A stretch of 64,000 nt of DNA from Raillietiella orientalis (Eukaryota). The stretch is taken from assembly GCA_036172245.1 (NCBI GenBank), contig JAYWIR010000006.1, positions 496,001 to 560,000 on the forward strand, in the 5' to 3' direction. Both the position numbers and the translations under genes were made by a program. The notes beneath the pieces are model-generated. The model was not told the DNA's origin and made no database searches. It saw only the letters and a program-made list of their open reading frames with translations. Positions 23,849 to 37,600 of the stretch are shown piece by piece (positions within the stretch are counted from its first letter, which is position 1; every line of letters begins with the position of its first letter).

Positions 23849-26800
23849 CCTTGCGAAGCGCGGGCAGATGGAACTCTTCGGCGCGGGTGTGAGGGCGCGC
23901 GCGACTGAGAGGGCAGGAGGCGGATTCTCGCGTTTCTTTTTTTTTTTGAAGGGGGGGGGGGGGAAGGAGGAGGAGGTTGCTGCTAAGCGTACCCGCTCGC
24001 TACGATGTGTTGCGCCACGTGAGAGCGCTCTGTCTGCCAGCCGGCCTCGGTTGCAACTGATCGCTCGCGGCCCCTTCACGGCAGCTGAAGCGTGCGCCTT
24101 CCCTTTCCTCCTCCTCCTCCTCTTCCTCTCCCGCTTAGCCAGTCCTCTCACGAGGCTGACCGGTTAAGGAGGTGGGAGCGGGGAGGGGAGGGGGAGGGGA
24201 AGGGAGGGACCCGCTTGACTTCCGTGAAACCGCCTCCTTTTTCCGGGGGCTTCCGTCCTGGAAGGCGAGGGAAAGCGAAACCCGAGGCTGCTCCCGGGAA
24301 TGTGGGGGAATAGCCGCCGCGTTGCCGGACGACAACGCGCAGGACGTGCGCACTCTCTCGAGCCACTTTCATCTGGGTGGACGTTTCCTCGCTCTCCAGG
24401 AAGGAAGACCCTCCTCAACGCTGTCGGCGCGCCGGCCTTGGACGCCCCTACGCACGAGAGGCCAGCGGCGCGCGCCTGGGGCGACTCCGCTCCGAGCCGA
24501 GCCCTGCGACGCCGCCGGGACGGCATGCCTGCGCACCGCGTCAGCAGCAAGCGACTTTCACCGGAGCGCCTGGAGTCCTCCGGATCGTCTCCCCCCCCCC
24601 CCACCAACCGGAAGCCGATCCGCTCCCTGGAGTCCTCCTGCCAGAAAGTCCAAGAGGTCGCCTGCGGCGCTTGCTCGTCGGCATTCCTCTCTAGTCGGGC
24701 GTGGACGTGGGCGGGAACTAGCTCCGGGGGGAAGGCACCAGTCGAACGACCAGGACGGAAGCCACCCCGCAGGCGGGGAGGGTCAGGAAGGATGTGGGAA
24801 CTGGGCGAGGGAAGGGAGTGCTAGAGACGGGGGATCTGCTCCTCCTTCAGCCACCCTTCCCTTCCGGGCCTTGGTGATAGGAGTCTTCGGAGGGAGCGTT
24901 CCTGGGAGGGCGCGGCGCGGAACTAGTGGGCCTCTCCTCCTTCTCCCGTCCTCTTCCCTCCCTTCATTTCTGAAAGGGTGGGGACTCTCTCCAGGACGCT
25001 CGGCTTCCCTCTAAAAAAAAAAAAGTAGAAGGCGCGTTCCGTTTCGGTCCTCCTGGATTCATTCGTACGCGAGTGTTTTTTTTTGTCTTTTCGGGGAGGA
25101 GGGGAGGAAGGAATGAGGGACAGAAGGGAAGCCCGAACGGGTTCGCTTTAGCGCGTCTGCAGGAAGCTCCCCCGACAGCCCGTTCGCCCTTCGCCCGAAG
25201 AGCACTAGGACACTGTCCGATTTCAGAGCCTTCCGGAAGCGCGCGACTGCGACCCCCCTTCCTTCCCCAGCGCGAACCCTTTTCCAGAGCGAGCCTCCAG
25301 GAACGCGCGATCGGAATTCCTCGGGATTTTCTGATGACCTCTGCACGCCCTCCGTCCCTGTCTGCCTTACCAGAAGGAAATAGGAAGCCTCTCCTGCCTC
25401 TCTGCCCGAACGTCCCAAAGGAAGGGAAGGATCCACAAACATCCTCTTCCGGAAGGATAGAGCGACCTCAGGGGAGGAAGGGGGGGAGGGGAGAAGTTCT
25501 TCTCCCTTCTCCCGTTCTTCGGAGCGGCGGGGGCAGGTTGCCTTGTCCTGCCTTTCCCTGGGATCTGGAGCAATGAAATGGGGGCGCTGGTCGACCTGCT
25601 CCGAGAACTGGCTTGATCTCCAAGGTAGGTCCCTACCTCAGAGTTTGTCAGACCACGGGGGTCGACAGGGGAAGGGGGGGTTCCAGGTGTCCCAAAGTAG
25701 ACGGCAGAGGAGTCCGTCGACAGCACCGCCGCGGGGCCGCGAGCTGCCGGGCCGCTTCGGCGCACCAGCAGGTTGGTGGATCTCGTCAGAGAGCAGAGGG
25801 AGGCCCGCGAGGGGGTCCATAGAATGGAAGAGAACAGCCGAGGGTCCCTCTTCGGACGCGTGGAGCGCGCTGGAAGTGCTCTGACCTTCGGGGCGAAGAG
25901 GGCATTACCGTAGAGTCGAGGTCTCCCTTTCCCCCTCACCCTTCCTGACATTGGCTGACTCGCCGGCTTGAAGTCGCAACCGGCCGGCCCTCGGGAAATT
26001 CTTCTCGGCGACACCCGAAGGCGTCGAGACTGACCCGCCGCTGCCCGTGAGCTGTCCGGGAGGGAAGGAGGCAACAGGCGCGCCTCTTTCAACGTGCCGG
26101 CTGCCACGTGACCACGCGAGAAAGGTCGCCGAGAAGCTGAGCTGGTGCGAGCAGCTCTGCGCTGTCGACACAGCTCCCGCGGCCGGGCACTGCCTCCGCC
26201 ACTTAACGACCGGTCCGATGACGCAGATCGCATCGGGGTGACCTCATTTCGGAGCTGGAAGATGATGGAGGAAGGAAAAACGAGGAAGAGCGGTCGCCGG
26301 AATCTGCAGAGATACGCCGGTTTGGCTTCCGCCCCATCCCCGCCTTCCTCCTTCCTCGTTCCCTTCCGGCCTCCCAGGGGCTAGATGACGCCCGAAGCCC
26401 TCGTGGGGGATTGCCAAGCCGAGGTGAATCGCAAGCGCGGCCGATACTCGCGGCTCCATCGATCGAGCCGAAATTACCATCCCGGCTGTTTGACGCATTC
26501 ACCCGTTTCCCCGGCAACGGGCCGGCAATGGAAGTTCCCTTTCCGATACGTCCGGTAGCAGAACGGGTGCTTCCAGACCCAACCCTGCCCCTGGAAGAGC
26601 TGTGGAAGGCGGAAGGAGAAGTCTTTGGGGCTGGCGTGTAGCATCCCTGGAACGACCGCCAGGGGACCGCCAGTGGAGGTCGCTCGGGAGCGCGTCGGTC
26701 GCGGTGCCCTTTCCGGAAGAGGGGACTGCCTACCGACTGGAGGTCGCCGAACTGGAGCTGGGGCAAAACCGCAATGCAAAACAAATCTCCAGGGGCAAGA

Positions 26801-29800
26801 AAAAGGCCCCGGGAGGAAGGGAAGGCGGAAGATGAGAAAGATAGGAAGAGTTGGCAAAGACGTCCATTTTTGCGCTGCGACCTCGCGCTTTCTCTCCTCG
26901 CGTCCTCTCCCCAATCCTCTCGCGAAGGCCAGCGCTCTCCCGCTCGTCCCATCTGATCGATTGCGGTGCTGGGAGGCCTCTCGTCCGGGCAAAAGTCAGC
27001 GCGCACGGACCGACAGTCGGCGCGGTGCGGAACCTGCGTCGAGGGAAAGGGAAGGAGGGGTCGTCCCTCCTCCCCCACGAGCGTTTCGCTTCCCTTTCCT
27101 TTCCTTTCACTCCTCCCCCTCCCCCTCCGCTTCATCTCGCTGGAGCGTCGTCGTCTGGAGGTGTGTACGCAGATCGTTCGACTTTGCCTCTTCGGCTCCA
27201 GCGGGTGGAGGAAAATCCGCGCTCCTCACCTCAATCTCTTCGGATCAGGGACCTCTCGCGCGGTCTGCGATGGACTCGGCCGGTCAGCCGCAAATGCGTT
27301 GCCAGCGTCCGCCTCTCATCCGCGTGCCAGCGGCGGCTTCCATCCACGTTCTGCGACCCAACCGGTTGCTGGGTGCGGCTGCCTCCTTCACTATCTCGAG
27401 CTCTCTCTCTTTACACTTCCGGGAGTGGCGAAATGCACCCAGTGCGCAGGATGGAAAAGAGACGAACCCTTTTCGCAAGCCCTTGCCCTCGCGAGCTTCC
27501 AGGAAGAGTCGCCTCCACGTGGACCACAATGCAAGTGGCTGTGCCTGCGTTTACGTAGCAGGATGGCAACAGTGTGCGCGCGCGCGCGCGTTTTCCGGGT
27601 TGAGCTGCGCACGGCATGGGATCATCCAGGACGCCGTGAGTTCTTCCGGAGTTCCTCTCTTGGAGGAAGACGCCTCGATGGTAAATCTCGCCGCACCAAG
27701 GTCCCAGACTCAGCCGGGGAGTGTTGGAAACTGCGTTCCTAGCCCCTGGACCTTTCCTCCTCCTCCCGCTCTGCTTCCTTCCCACCGCCGTTCAAGTATG
27801 ACGGAAGCGGAAGAAGAGCGCCTTTTTTCTGAATGGGGAGGCTGAATTCAAGAAGCAGCTGCGCGCGGATTTCCAGAATGCTTGCGTTGATTATGAAATC
27901 CCTTTCTCTGTCAACTTTCTAGCGAAAACGGGATCGTTCGTCTCTCTCTCGAAAGTTCGACTGTGGGAGCACGGGAAGATGTTCTCCAGAAGAATTCGGC
28001 CGGGAGGCAGGAAGAAAACCTACAAAAGCGCTAATCTCAGAGGCCTTCGGGCTGTTCTCAGATCCTTTGGGTCCGTGTGAGGAGACAGGGGCACTGTCAC
28101 GAGTTCAGGATGCTTAGAGCAGAAAGCATCTCGTCTGAGGGGTAGCGAGCATCCTGATGAGCATGAACTTTCGTGCCGGTCGAAACATTTTTCCCGCTTC
28201 ATAAAAACAAACAAACTGGAATGCTTTTGCCCAACAACTTTGTTCCTTCTCCTGCCTCTGGCATCACCAGCCTCTTCCTTTTCCCTTACTGACACGGTTC
28301 CTCCTCTTTTGTTTTCCTTTTAGTTTATCTTGAAATGAACGCAAGCTGGTGAAAGATAAGATAACTTTTCGAACGAGTGATTCTCAGCACTGGAAAAGTG
28401 AAGTTTCAATGGAGATGAAGTGCCGTGTCGACGGACGGAAGAACTATGCCTCTGGCAGCTCGACAGAGGGCGATACCTGTTGCATCGAGGATCAGCGCGG
28501 GAGAGAGGCTGGCGATAAGTTCGAAAGCCAAAACCCGATAATATTCAGGAGTTGCTAATGGCGATAATTGGGCGAGCGGCTTATCTGCATGGCGAGATAC
28601 CAGGGGAAATGGCTTCCGCTGAGAGAGAGGCCCAACTGTGAACGAACCATCCGACTAGAGGAAATCCTTGCAACAGCGCGCTTCGCTGTCCGGACCATCC
28701 CGTACCAAACGGTCTCAAGCTCTCGGCATGCGAGCGATGATACTGCTCGATCCACTGAAACGGCAAAAGTGAGCGTCTCCGTATGCTGAAGACGCTCTGA
28801 TTTTAGAATTTAGATTACGCCAAAAGGCCTAGGAGAAACGATGGTGCGGATGAAATTAGAAAGTAGTTCCAGGAAACCTCAAAAGATTAAAACAAAAAAA
28901 AAATCTCATCGCATGATAATTCGGACTTCATTGCACTCGTGTCAGTGCGCTGGTTCCTTCTGGAAAGTGGATCATCAGTTGAGAAGGCAAGGACTGGGAT
29001 CTGCCCAGAATGTGGCAAAGAGCTTAGTTGATGTATCGAAAGCAGGAGAGTATCTTCGTTTCCCTTCGGTTCCATTTACAGGAACCGAATGGTCGTTGGC
29101 GATTTTTCTGGTGCAAGAGGAACCATGGGTGGATCCCATGCCCTTGCAAGAGCGGCCGTGATAAAAATATCGAAGATATCCAGCAGACATGACCACTGCA
29201 TCACCAAGGATAACTCTATCTAATGCTGAATCTTGTGATGCCGATCAATTCGTGCTGAGCGCGCTGCCATGGCTGCATGGGATGAGGTGATCTTTTCTGT
29301 ACCGGCGAGACGTGAAGTGAATCGGCGGCTCTCTGCACATGGATGCGGCACATGTCGTCGCTTCGGCAGGGAAGGCAGGGTGACCTGTTTGGAGAAGTGG
29401 GAGTCCCCAAATGTTGGTGGGAGGCGCCTTCCCTCATCCGTTTCGGTCTCTTCGATGCGGTGGGAACACCTGATGCAGGAAAAATGCTCCGTCACATGAG
29501 CCTTCTCTCACACTCCCGACGGTTTTTCTTTTCCACTGAGAAACTCAAGGGTTCTCCTGTTTCGAAGATCCCCCACTATCATCATCACCGCTTGTTTGTG
29601 CGTTGCTTGTGGAAAAAGGAACCAACAGCTCCGAAGTCGACGTGCTTTCATGCACCTTGATGCGTCCAGTGAGTTCCGAGCGACCTACTGATGGATCCTG
29701 TCCTTACCTCTTTCTGATTAAAGCACAACACAAAAAAGAATTAGAATAGGAAGGACACAGCTTCCAAGCGTTAAATGAATTTCCGGCATAAAGAAGGATT

Positions 29801-32800
29801 TCTGACGGTGATCCGTCAAAAAAGATGGCAGCACTCTCTCCGATGAGCAGTTGTTTTTTTCCCCACAACTTCATTTGCAAGACACCTAAGAACTTGAAGA
29901 TTCAGATCATTGGTTGGTGACTTGAGATAAAATCAGGCAGCAAAAAATCTGACGACATTTGCCAGCGATGTTGGGTTTTGAGATTGGAGGGAATAGATCA
30001 GCGATCCAGGAACTCCGCAAGCGTCCAGTCTGGTGCATGTTGGAGCCTTCGTTTCTCAAGGGCACATCCAAAAAGGGGATCCTTATGAGGTAGATCATTT
30101 CGTTTGATCCTCGAAGATCCGCAATCTGAGATCGATTGTTTGCATTTCTGAATTTTTTTTTCTAGCCACGAGAGCTCCAGGCCGCTTGCTTCGTTTCAGG
30201 GCTGAGGAGAGCGAGCATGCAAACCAATCAGGAGTTGAAGCGTTCGCAAGGTTTTCTGCTTTCTGCTCCTAAGCTTCCACCTCTTCGGTACAAAACCAGC
30301 GGGTTCTCTTCGAAAACGACTAGCAGATGCTCTCGGCACCTGGTGCAAGTCTTCGCTCTGAGATGCCGCTTATGTCGGAAGATTGCAGCTCCCCCTGCAT
30401 CCTAAATGCAGACACATACACGGTGCCGGGCAGCGCCGGGCTTCGAGTAATCGTTTGCGCAACTCGATTCGTTGCTATCAGTCTCTTGAGAGAGGAACGA
30501 GAATATCGCGCTGAGGTACTCGTAAGCAGTGCATCATGGATGCTTGGATGCTTTCAACGGTTCTTGCAGCTAGCTGCTTTCATCCATTATCTGCATCGCA
30601 TTTCTCCTCACTCTTGAAAGCCAGAAGACACGATGCCTTCGATACAACACGTCTGCGTTTGTTATGAGTCACCATTAGCTTGCGGCGAAGGAGCTCGGTC
30701 CATCATGGAAGCTCGTTTTGCGATTCTCTGAGTCAAAGATTGTTTCGAGGAGAAGATTCCGAAGCTGTGCATGCACCTTGGGGAATGGTCCTCGTTTTTC
30801 GGAGCAGTGTACGATGGCTTTGACGGTATAGATGGAGAGCTGGGAACCCTTCCAAGGGATTCAGCGGCAAAAGCAAAAAGCCGCCTTTCACGAAATATAA
30901 AGAGAGGCATTCCGTGGGGACCAGCTGTTCTTTCCACTCTCTCGACTCAGAAAAAAGGATACTCTGAGGAAAGCTTCTCTCGATTTTCTTTGACCTTCAG
31001 AAATTTTCCTTAGCCATCACTTCTTTGGGCACTGATCTGTCCGTGGCTTCGGATCAGGCAAACCTTGAACCATTCTTCCCAGGCCGTCGTGGCAGGGGAC
31101 ACGATGGAGCCTTCTGGTTGGAAATCGCGTGGCTGTAGTTTCTCAGGTAACTCTTGGAAGGACTCCGACACCGCACCTTTGACAGCTCCATGCTCATCAT
31201 GAGAAACTCAGGACTTCCCCCTGAGGATGAATACCTTGAATAGGAATGCAGTGGACACACTGGATGTGCCTTCGAAGTGGACGTGCAAGTTTGGTCGGCT
31301 CTAGCCACAAAGAGCCAACGGCAGCGTTCTATGCGACCAGCCAGCGGCCTTGATGGATCTTCCAGTGGTGCTTGAAACCTGTCGCCTCTCTTCCACCCAT
31401 TTAAGGCAAGATGCCAGTGATGCGATCATCTGCAGCTAACAGATCATGCCATTTGTATCGAATTCAGAAGCGAATCGTTGGCAAGGATGCTAGAATCCAG
31501 CATCCTTGCCAACGAATCGAGGATGGAGATTGTCGCTCGACAGGCTGCACATTTCTCAGGGAGGGAACCGCTGCTGTTGATTTACGGGATTTTCTTCACG
31601 ATTAGGGGAGACTTGAATTTTTTTTCCCGTCTCCAGAAGTTTCGGTATTCGGAAAGGATCATTCCCTCGGAACGAGCAGCCACCTCAGAGGATTCTTTCA
31701 TGGAACCACATCCCGACACGCCACGCTCACTAGCGAGCTTCCTTTCCTGCGCCGTTGCCATCGGAACGTCCCGCGCATCGCACCCGCGCAGACGGGCGGT
31801 TACCACTAATTCCCAGAATTCCCAAAACAAAGAGATTGTTAGAGAAGGATTGCATCTCTTTTGTTAGTTAGCAGCCTCCTGGAAACGCTTCTTCGGCGTC
31901 TCTTCCGTCGCACCCTTCCCCGAGGGCAAGTTTCTGTGGCAGGTTTCAAGCAACGGCGGACGCTTGCTGAGTTCCCGCAGGGCGTACATGGGAATCCCCC
32001 AACACCTCTTCGTGCATTCCATATTGCAGAAACGCACACCTGCAGGGGAAGAAAAGTCTGGAGAGGCCGGAAGAAAGGGGGGAGCATTGGCGGCTCGATC
32101 TTCAAGTCCTCGAAGAAAGGACTGATGGCGGTTTCAAGGAGCTCGACCTGGCGCCGGGAAAGAGGGCGTCTTCAAAGACACGGGCCCAGAGTCCAAAGGA
32201 CACTTTTTTTTTTTTTTCGCGCAGGTTACGGCGAAGCCCGGAGTTTCGCATAGGAGGTCTCTCTTCGGATAACGCAGGAGCAGTTCAGCGCCAGTCGGAG
32301 GGGGGGCACGTGCGCATGGCCCGGCGGCACGCGTCGAAAGAGAGTGATCCCGTTGGACTCTGTGGAGGAGATGACACTGGTTACGCAGCTACGCTCCTCT
32401 TCATGAGGAAGCGCGCGCGCGTCCGGCTTCCTGACCTCCCCCCCTTCCCCCCAGTCCATCATCAGCTCCACCCCAAACGTAGTCGATTCGCGGCTTCCGG
32501 TAGCTCGGACGTACCTAACTCGCACCAGCCTCCTGAGCGCGGATTGGAGTGTCTGCACGGAGATGCGCAGTGCCCGAGGCGCAGGAACGCGGTCGAATGA
32601 AACAGAAGTTCGGAGAACGAGAAAGGCATAGAGGTCGCAAGTGGGAGGTCGAGGTTACACGAAAGTCCTCTCCCCGCTTGACCCCCAGGAGCAATGGGAA
32701 CGGTGCGACGGGGTCGGGACTCAGGCTGAACTTCGCGGCGAGAGGTCAGGGTCGGCAAGTGGCGGCAGCGAGCCCGAATGCAAGGATGCGATGGAGCAAA

Positions 32801-34182
32801 CGGATCGAACCCGGAAGGGGCGACATCTAATGATGTAGGAGGACTGACGGAAGATGGCATAAAGCAAAAAAAAAAAAACGACCTTAGAAGTCAGAGGAAG
32901 ATTCTCGAACTTTCTTTGACCATGACCCTCAGGTCACGCATATTGATCCGTGCTACAATAATTGTTGTAACAGGCATCGAATATCTTCCAGACCCCATTT
33001 TCCAGGCTACAGCAACTCTCCAATCGCGGAAACTTGTGAATGATATCAGCAGGGACAGGATGTTGTCCTCTTGCCCAAAGAAGAGGGATCCTCATAAGTG
33101 AAAGCGCACATTTGAGGGGAAGGAAGAAGCAGTTGTGAGGAAACATGTGGGAAAACAGAGAGAGTTTTCGTTTCGTGGAGCCGGTGCTCGTGGATACTCT
33201 GAGACTGTGCTCTTCATCCTTTCAGTTGACGAGCTGGCATTCGGTACGCATCGCTTTTCAAGGAGCGCCGCTCTCTGAAAAGTCCTGGAGCAACTTTCGG
33301 CCAGCTGTGCACCAGCGACCGTAGGATAAGGGCGAGGAGGAGCTCTGCGGTCAAGCGGTCATGGTTGGGGTGGACAGCAGCCGCAAATGGCGTCCTGGAG
33401 TTCTCCCTTCGAAACGCGAGAGCGGCCGATGCTTTTGCGCGGAGGGCAGCTGGCCGTCCCACTTTCGGAGGCTTCCGAGAAGGGAAAGGGAGAGGTAACT
33501 GCCGAGTCTCTTTCCAAGCGTCCTTCAATACCCAGGGTTGCCAGCATGCGAAATGAAAGACAGCGGCCTTCTTTCCCTGCCAGCAAGACTCCAGGAAAGC
33601 GTGGAAGTCGGTGTTCGCGCGAGCCCACGCACGTTCTGTCCAAATGCTGCTCTGCCGGTGTCCTTCCGACTCGAAACACACCAACTGCTTGCACCGTATG
33701 CCTTACTCCACACCCGCCTGCGAGGCGAAAGTCAAGCGATCCGGTGGGAGACGCCTCCCCTTCTTGTCTCCGCAGTCGCCTACCTGGGGAGATGCTGCAT
33801 CTGCTGAAGAAGTCATTTTCTTCCTACCAGGAAATCCTTGCTGACCCCTAAGGTTTAGATCGTGGTAGATCAGGTCGTGTCCAGGTGACGTTGGGAAAGG
33901 CGTCCGAAAATCTCCCTCTGTGGCACGCGTCGCGAGGAACCAGAAAGCGCTCCACCACCCTGTTCCAGGAACGAAACGGGCTGCAGAACAGGTGGATGAC
34001 CTTCAGGTGATCAGATAGAACCACGGAAGGAATAGGCAGAAGGAGCTTTTCCTCGGCACAAAAGAGCTGCAGGAAACCACATCACGAGAGGAGCAGGAGA
34101 GAGAAGTGCGCAGCCTCTTTGTTATAATCATCTTCAATGCTCTCGGTGATAGCAGGTGGGTCGGCTCCTCCAGTGTTTCGTT

Positions 34183-35807
34183 CACATGAAGGAGGGAGAT
34201 GCTCCCTTTGGTCATGGTTGGTGGCCAGCCTTGTAGCCACCGATCAGAGGGCAAAAAATGGGAATTTTTTTTTCCTTGAACATCCCTTTCTTCCCATGAC
34301 TTCCCATCACTCGATCCACGTCTGCACACGTGGATTTCTTGGACTTGCACTTCGGAGTTCAGTGCACGCACTTCCCATGTACAGCACAATAAGAAATCCG
34401 GACGTGGGACATAGTGCTCTTTGGTCCACAGTGCTCCGTTTCCAAGCGTCTTGGAAGTCACACGCAAGCGTCGTTACCGTCGGCTCTTTTTCCTCCTCGA
34501 GATGTTGGAAGGTGCGGGAGAAGCAGAGGAAGAGGAGCGCCCTCCTTGTTGCTCCCCCTGCTCGTGGTAATGCACGAATCGGGTGCCACTAGCTGCTAGC
34601 CCGGGAAGCTGCAAGCGCTGGCTGCCCTAGGGCAGCCAGCGCTTGCAGCCTCTCGGGCTTCTCTCTGGAGCGAAAGAGGCCAGCCGACCAAGGTCTTTCT
34701 CCTCCGGATACAGGAGGTCTCCCCAAACTCCGAGGAGGCTCTTCCCTCCTGAACCCAGTGTGTTTTCAGGTCCTTTTTTTCATGGGATTGGTCCTAGGAA
34801 AGGGTGGGCGGGCGCCAGGGGAGATAGACTTTCAGAGTAGGTGCCCTTTGAGCGCTCGCGAGTCGCTCATGTGCCACGCGACCTGCAGGACTCCCCTTGC
34901 AGGCTGCGAGCCGGGACCGACTGCTTCCGGGAACCGCGTGGGCCGGAGGAGGACAGCGATGCGATTGCAAGACTAAGGAAGTGAGCCCAATTCATATTCT
35001 ACCTGGCTCCCTTTCGTCCCACCTTGCCCTCTGGGAGGAAGGTGGGAGGGCGACATGCATCTGTGGATCAGCTCCCCCTTTTGCTGCCTCGAGGGATCTT
35101 GCAAGCAGGTCCACTTCCTCTGCCACCCTCCTAGGTCATCAGAACCGGTGGCTGCCCTCCCTCCATGCTGCTGCTGGATTCCAGAGGAGATTGTTTTGCG
35201 GACCGAGGTGGAAAGGGGGCGGGGGAGATCACGACTTCCCGAGCACGCTCTCACCCACTGGCTCTCACTTACTGGTGCGTCCTCGAGGGCGTCGAGTAGG
35301 CAGGAGAGATGGGGAGCCAGGCTGGGAATGCCCTGAGGTGGTCTTCCGGCCGTGAATCCAGACGCCATCTGGGAAAGCAAAGGCAGAGCGGACGGGCGGG
35401 TCGACCTATAAGTCGGCTGAAGGGTATTGCTGCAGATGGCTCCAAAGAAGCTGGAAGAAGCTGCTCCAGGAGGATATCCCAGCTCACAGGAAGGAAGGAC
35501 ATGTGAACCTCCCTCTTCGCACCTGCTGACATCCCCACCTCCATCTTCCTTTGCCGAATCACTGCAGATTCTGTCTTCCCGCGCACCATCACCGTCTTCG
35601 ATCCCCATTACGTCGTCGGCCGTACTCCACCTCGTGCTAAGTGCGTCCACACGAAGGAGGGAGACGCGACTGCGGCTGTGGTTGGTGGCGATCCTTGTAG
35701 CCTCCAATCAAAGGGCGTAAAACAGGGAAAAAAGTTTTTTTTTTCTGGAGGATCCCTTTCTTTCCATGACCACTCAATCCACGTCTGCACACGTGGATTT
35801 CTTGGAC
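34183..35807 (+). repeat. Diverged ~160-bp direct repeat pair (34183-34344 and 35648-35807)
   Basis: Both copies share GAAGGAGGGAGA..GGTTGGTGG..CCTTGTAGCC..GGGC..ATCCCTTTCTT..CCATGAC and an identical 31-nt core ATCCACGTCTGCACACGTGGATTTCTTGGAC, which contains an 8-bp hairpin. Confidence 0.85.
34608..34649. repeat. Perfect 42-bp palindrome (imperfectly extendable to 34598-34659)
   Basis: GCTGCAAGCGCTGGCTGCCCT|AGGGCAGCCAGCGCTTGCAGC: the two 21-nt arms are exact reverse complements with no spacer. Confidence 0.95.
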
Positions 35808-37600
35808 AGCAGGGAGTTCGGTTCTCCTTACCCTTACCCTTGCTATCTAAGATGTCACTTGCTCGAAGGAAAAGAGACGACTGGCTGCAGAATCTCCTCC
35901 TCACCCTCCTCCCTTCCCAATCCTGCAATTCCAAATCTCCTTTTAAGAGAAGGGTGCCTCCGTCACCTTTCTGTTCTCCTCTAGTCTTCGCACCAACTCC
36001 CTCCACTGGTATAGATTTGAAATATCTCGTCCTGCATACGAGTTCGTCGTTGAGCCCGGCTTGGCCCTGGAACTATTCCAGGAAACTCTTGAGGGTTGAG
36101 AGCAGGAGTTTGCTCAGGGCCAAATCGCGACATGTAGGTTCCCCTCCTCTCTCTCCCAAAGACGTTCTAGAGATTTCATGCCTCCCATGAAATGCTAATA
36201 ATCCTTTCAAGAATGCGAGGGGAAAAAAAACAGACGGGAGAACTATTTCTTGTTTCCTTCTCGGTGAGCCATCCACTGATGAAGCCACCGACAGGCAGGG
36301 AAATCCCTCCTTCTGTGCCTCCTGGAAACGAAGGTTTCCTCCTCTTTTTCCGGTCTCCAGAGCCGATCGATTGCTTTCTCTAAATGAAGGGCTCGGTTTG
36401 CCTTCCAGAGACCTGACCTCTCTGTGGAGCAAAGCTGTCCGTCCCCCCCGACTCCGATGGCACCCCTGCTATGGCAGCCTGCGCCGACGACGTGCACCTA
36501 CCGGACCCCAGCAAAAAAAAGCCTTCGAGGCGCTCTTCGTGTTTATTCGCAGGGGTACCGGCGTCCAGGTGGACAGACGGAAATCGAAACTCGTGGCCTT
36601 TGGCACAGAGATGGACGCGGGCTGGTTTTACTTCGGAATTCCCATGTGCGTGGGTCCTGAACTTGGGAGTGCAAGAGAAGGCTCCTCAAGAGAAGTGCGG
36701 TCCGTCTGCTTGTAAAAAGACGTGGCGTGCCTGGACCCCTTTCGAGGCAGCTAGTTTTTGCATTCCGAGAGGGCGCCAGTGTGGAGCATCTTTGCTGTGC
36801 CGTCTTTCCAGTCCTTTTTTTTGTTCACCCTCGAGATGGTTGTTGGACTGTGGTGCTCTCCTGTACCGAGGCCAGCTTCGGCGCTGATGCCTACGGAGGG
36901 CACCGCGACGGACCTGGCTGCGATGCTTCTTTGCACGCAACGGGCATCCGTAATGGGAGCGGCGGTCGCCACATGGCGTTGCACGCGCACCATCCTCAAG
37001 GCCCGCATCACCCAAGAGCTGCGCTCTCATCAGAGGGAAGTCATCCGCCTAGCAACCGCCTTTGCGAAGATCGCAGCGAGGTAAACCCATTTGCCTGAAG
37101 AAGTCCCAGAGAGCACACCCACGTGCCGCCTAGAGAAGAAGGAGCAGCCTATACCAAAGACTCCTGTTCCCTCCCTCCTCCTAATCTTTCATTCACTTTT
37201 TGCTCCCTTTCGTTCCAGATCTCTGCTTGTCCAAGGTGCGTGTCGGTGAACCCTCCCAGTGGACTTTCGTTTGTTTCCCATGGAAACCCCTCCCCCCGAG
37301 TTTCTGCAGTTCGTTTTTTAACCCTATGTCCCAACACGACCTTTCCATCCTGGATACCTGGACCATTTATTTCAGATTGATCAATGAAAACCCAACGTGA
37401 GCCGTGTACAAATCCAAAGGGACTACCCTCGTAGCGGGCTCAAAAAAACAGGGGTGAAAGGATGGCCGATGAATAAATGACTAAGTAGGGAATGATATGG
37501 ACCGGTCTCATGGTATCCCACTTGATTTCCGAGGGCCTGCGTGTGGGGCAGAGAATAGGTAGAAGATGGGGCTGCGCTCACCGGTTTCGGGTCAGTCTGC

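Noticed and set aside
22332..23908. 313-aa, 242-aa and 199-aa ORFs over CDO1
   Set aside because: Intron read-through or antisense shadows of the CDO1 exons.
27572..27590. (GT)/(GC)n alternating tract, also at ~51632-51648 (Z-DNA-prone)
   Set aside because: Short microsatellites expected in a GC-rich domain; no evidence of function.
24100..27900. Long overlapping ORFs (280-406 aa) on both strands
   Set aside because: Low-complexity R/G/P/S translations expected from GC-rich purine/pyrimidine tracts; no domain motifs or codon bias.
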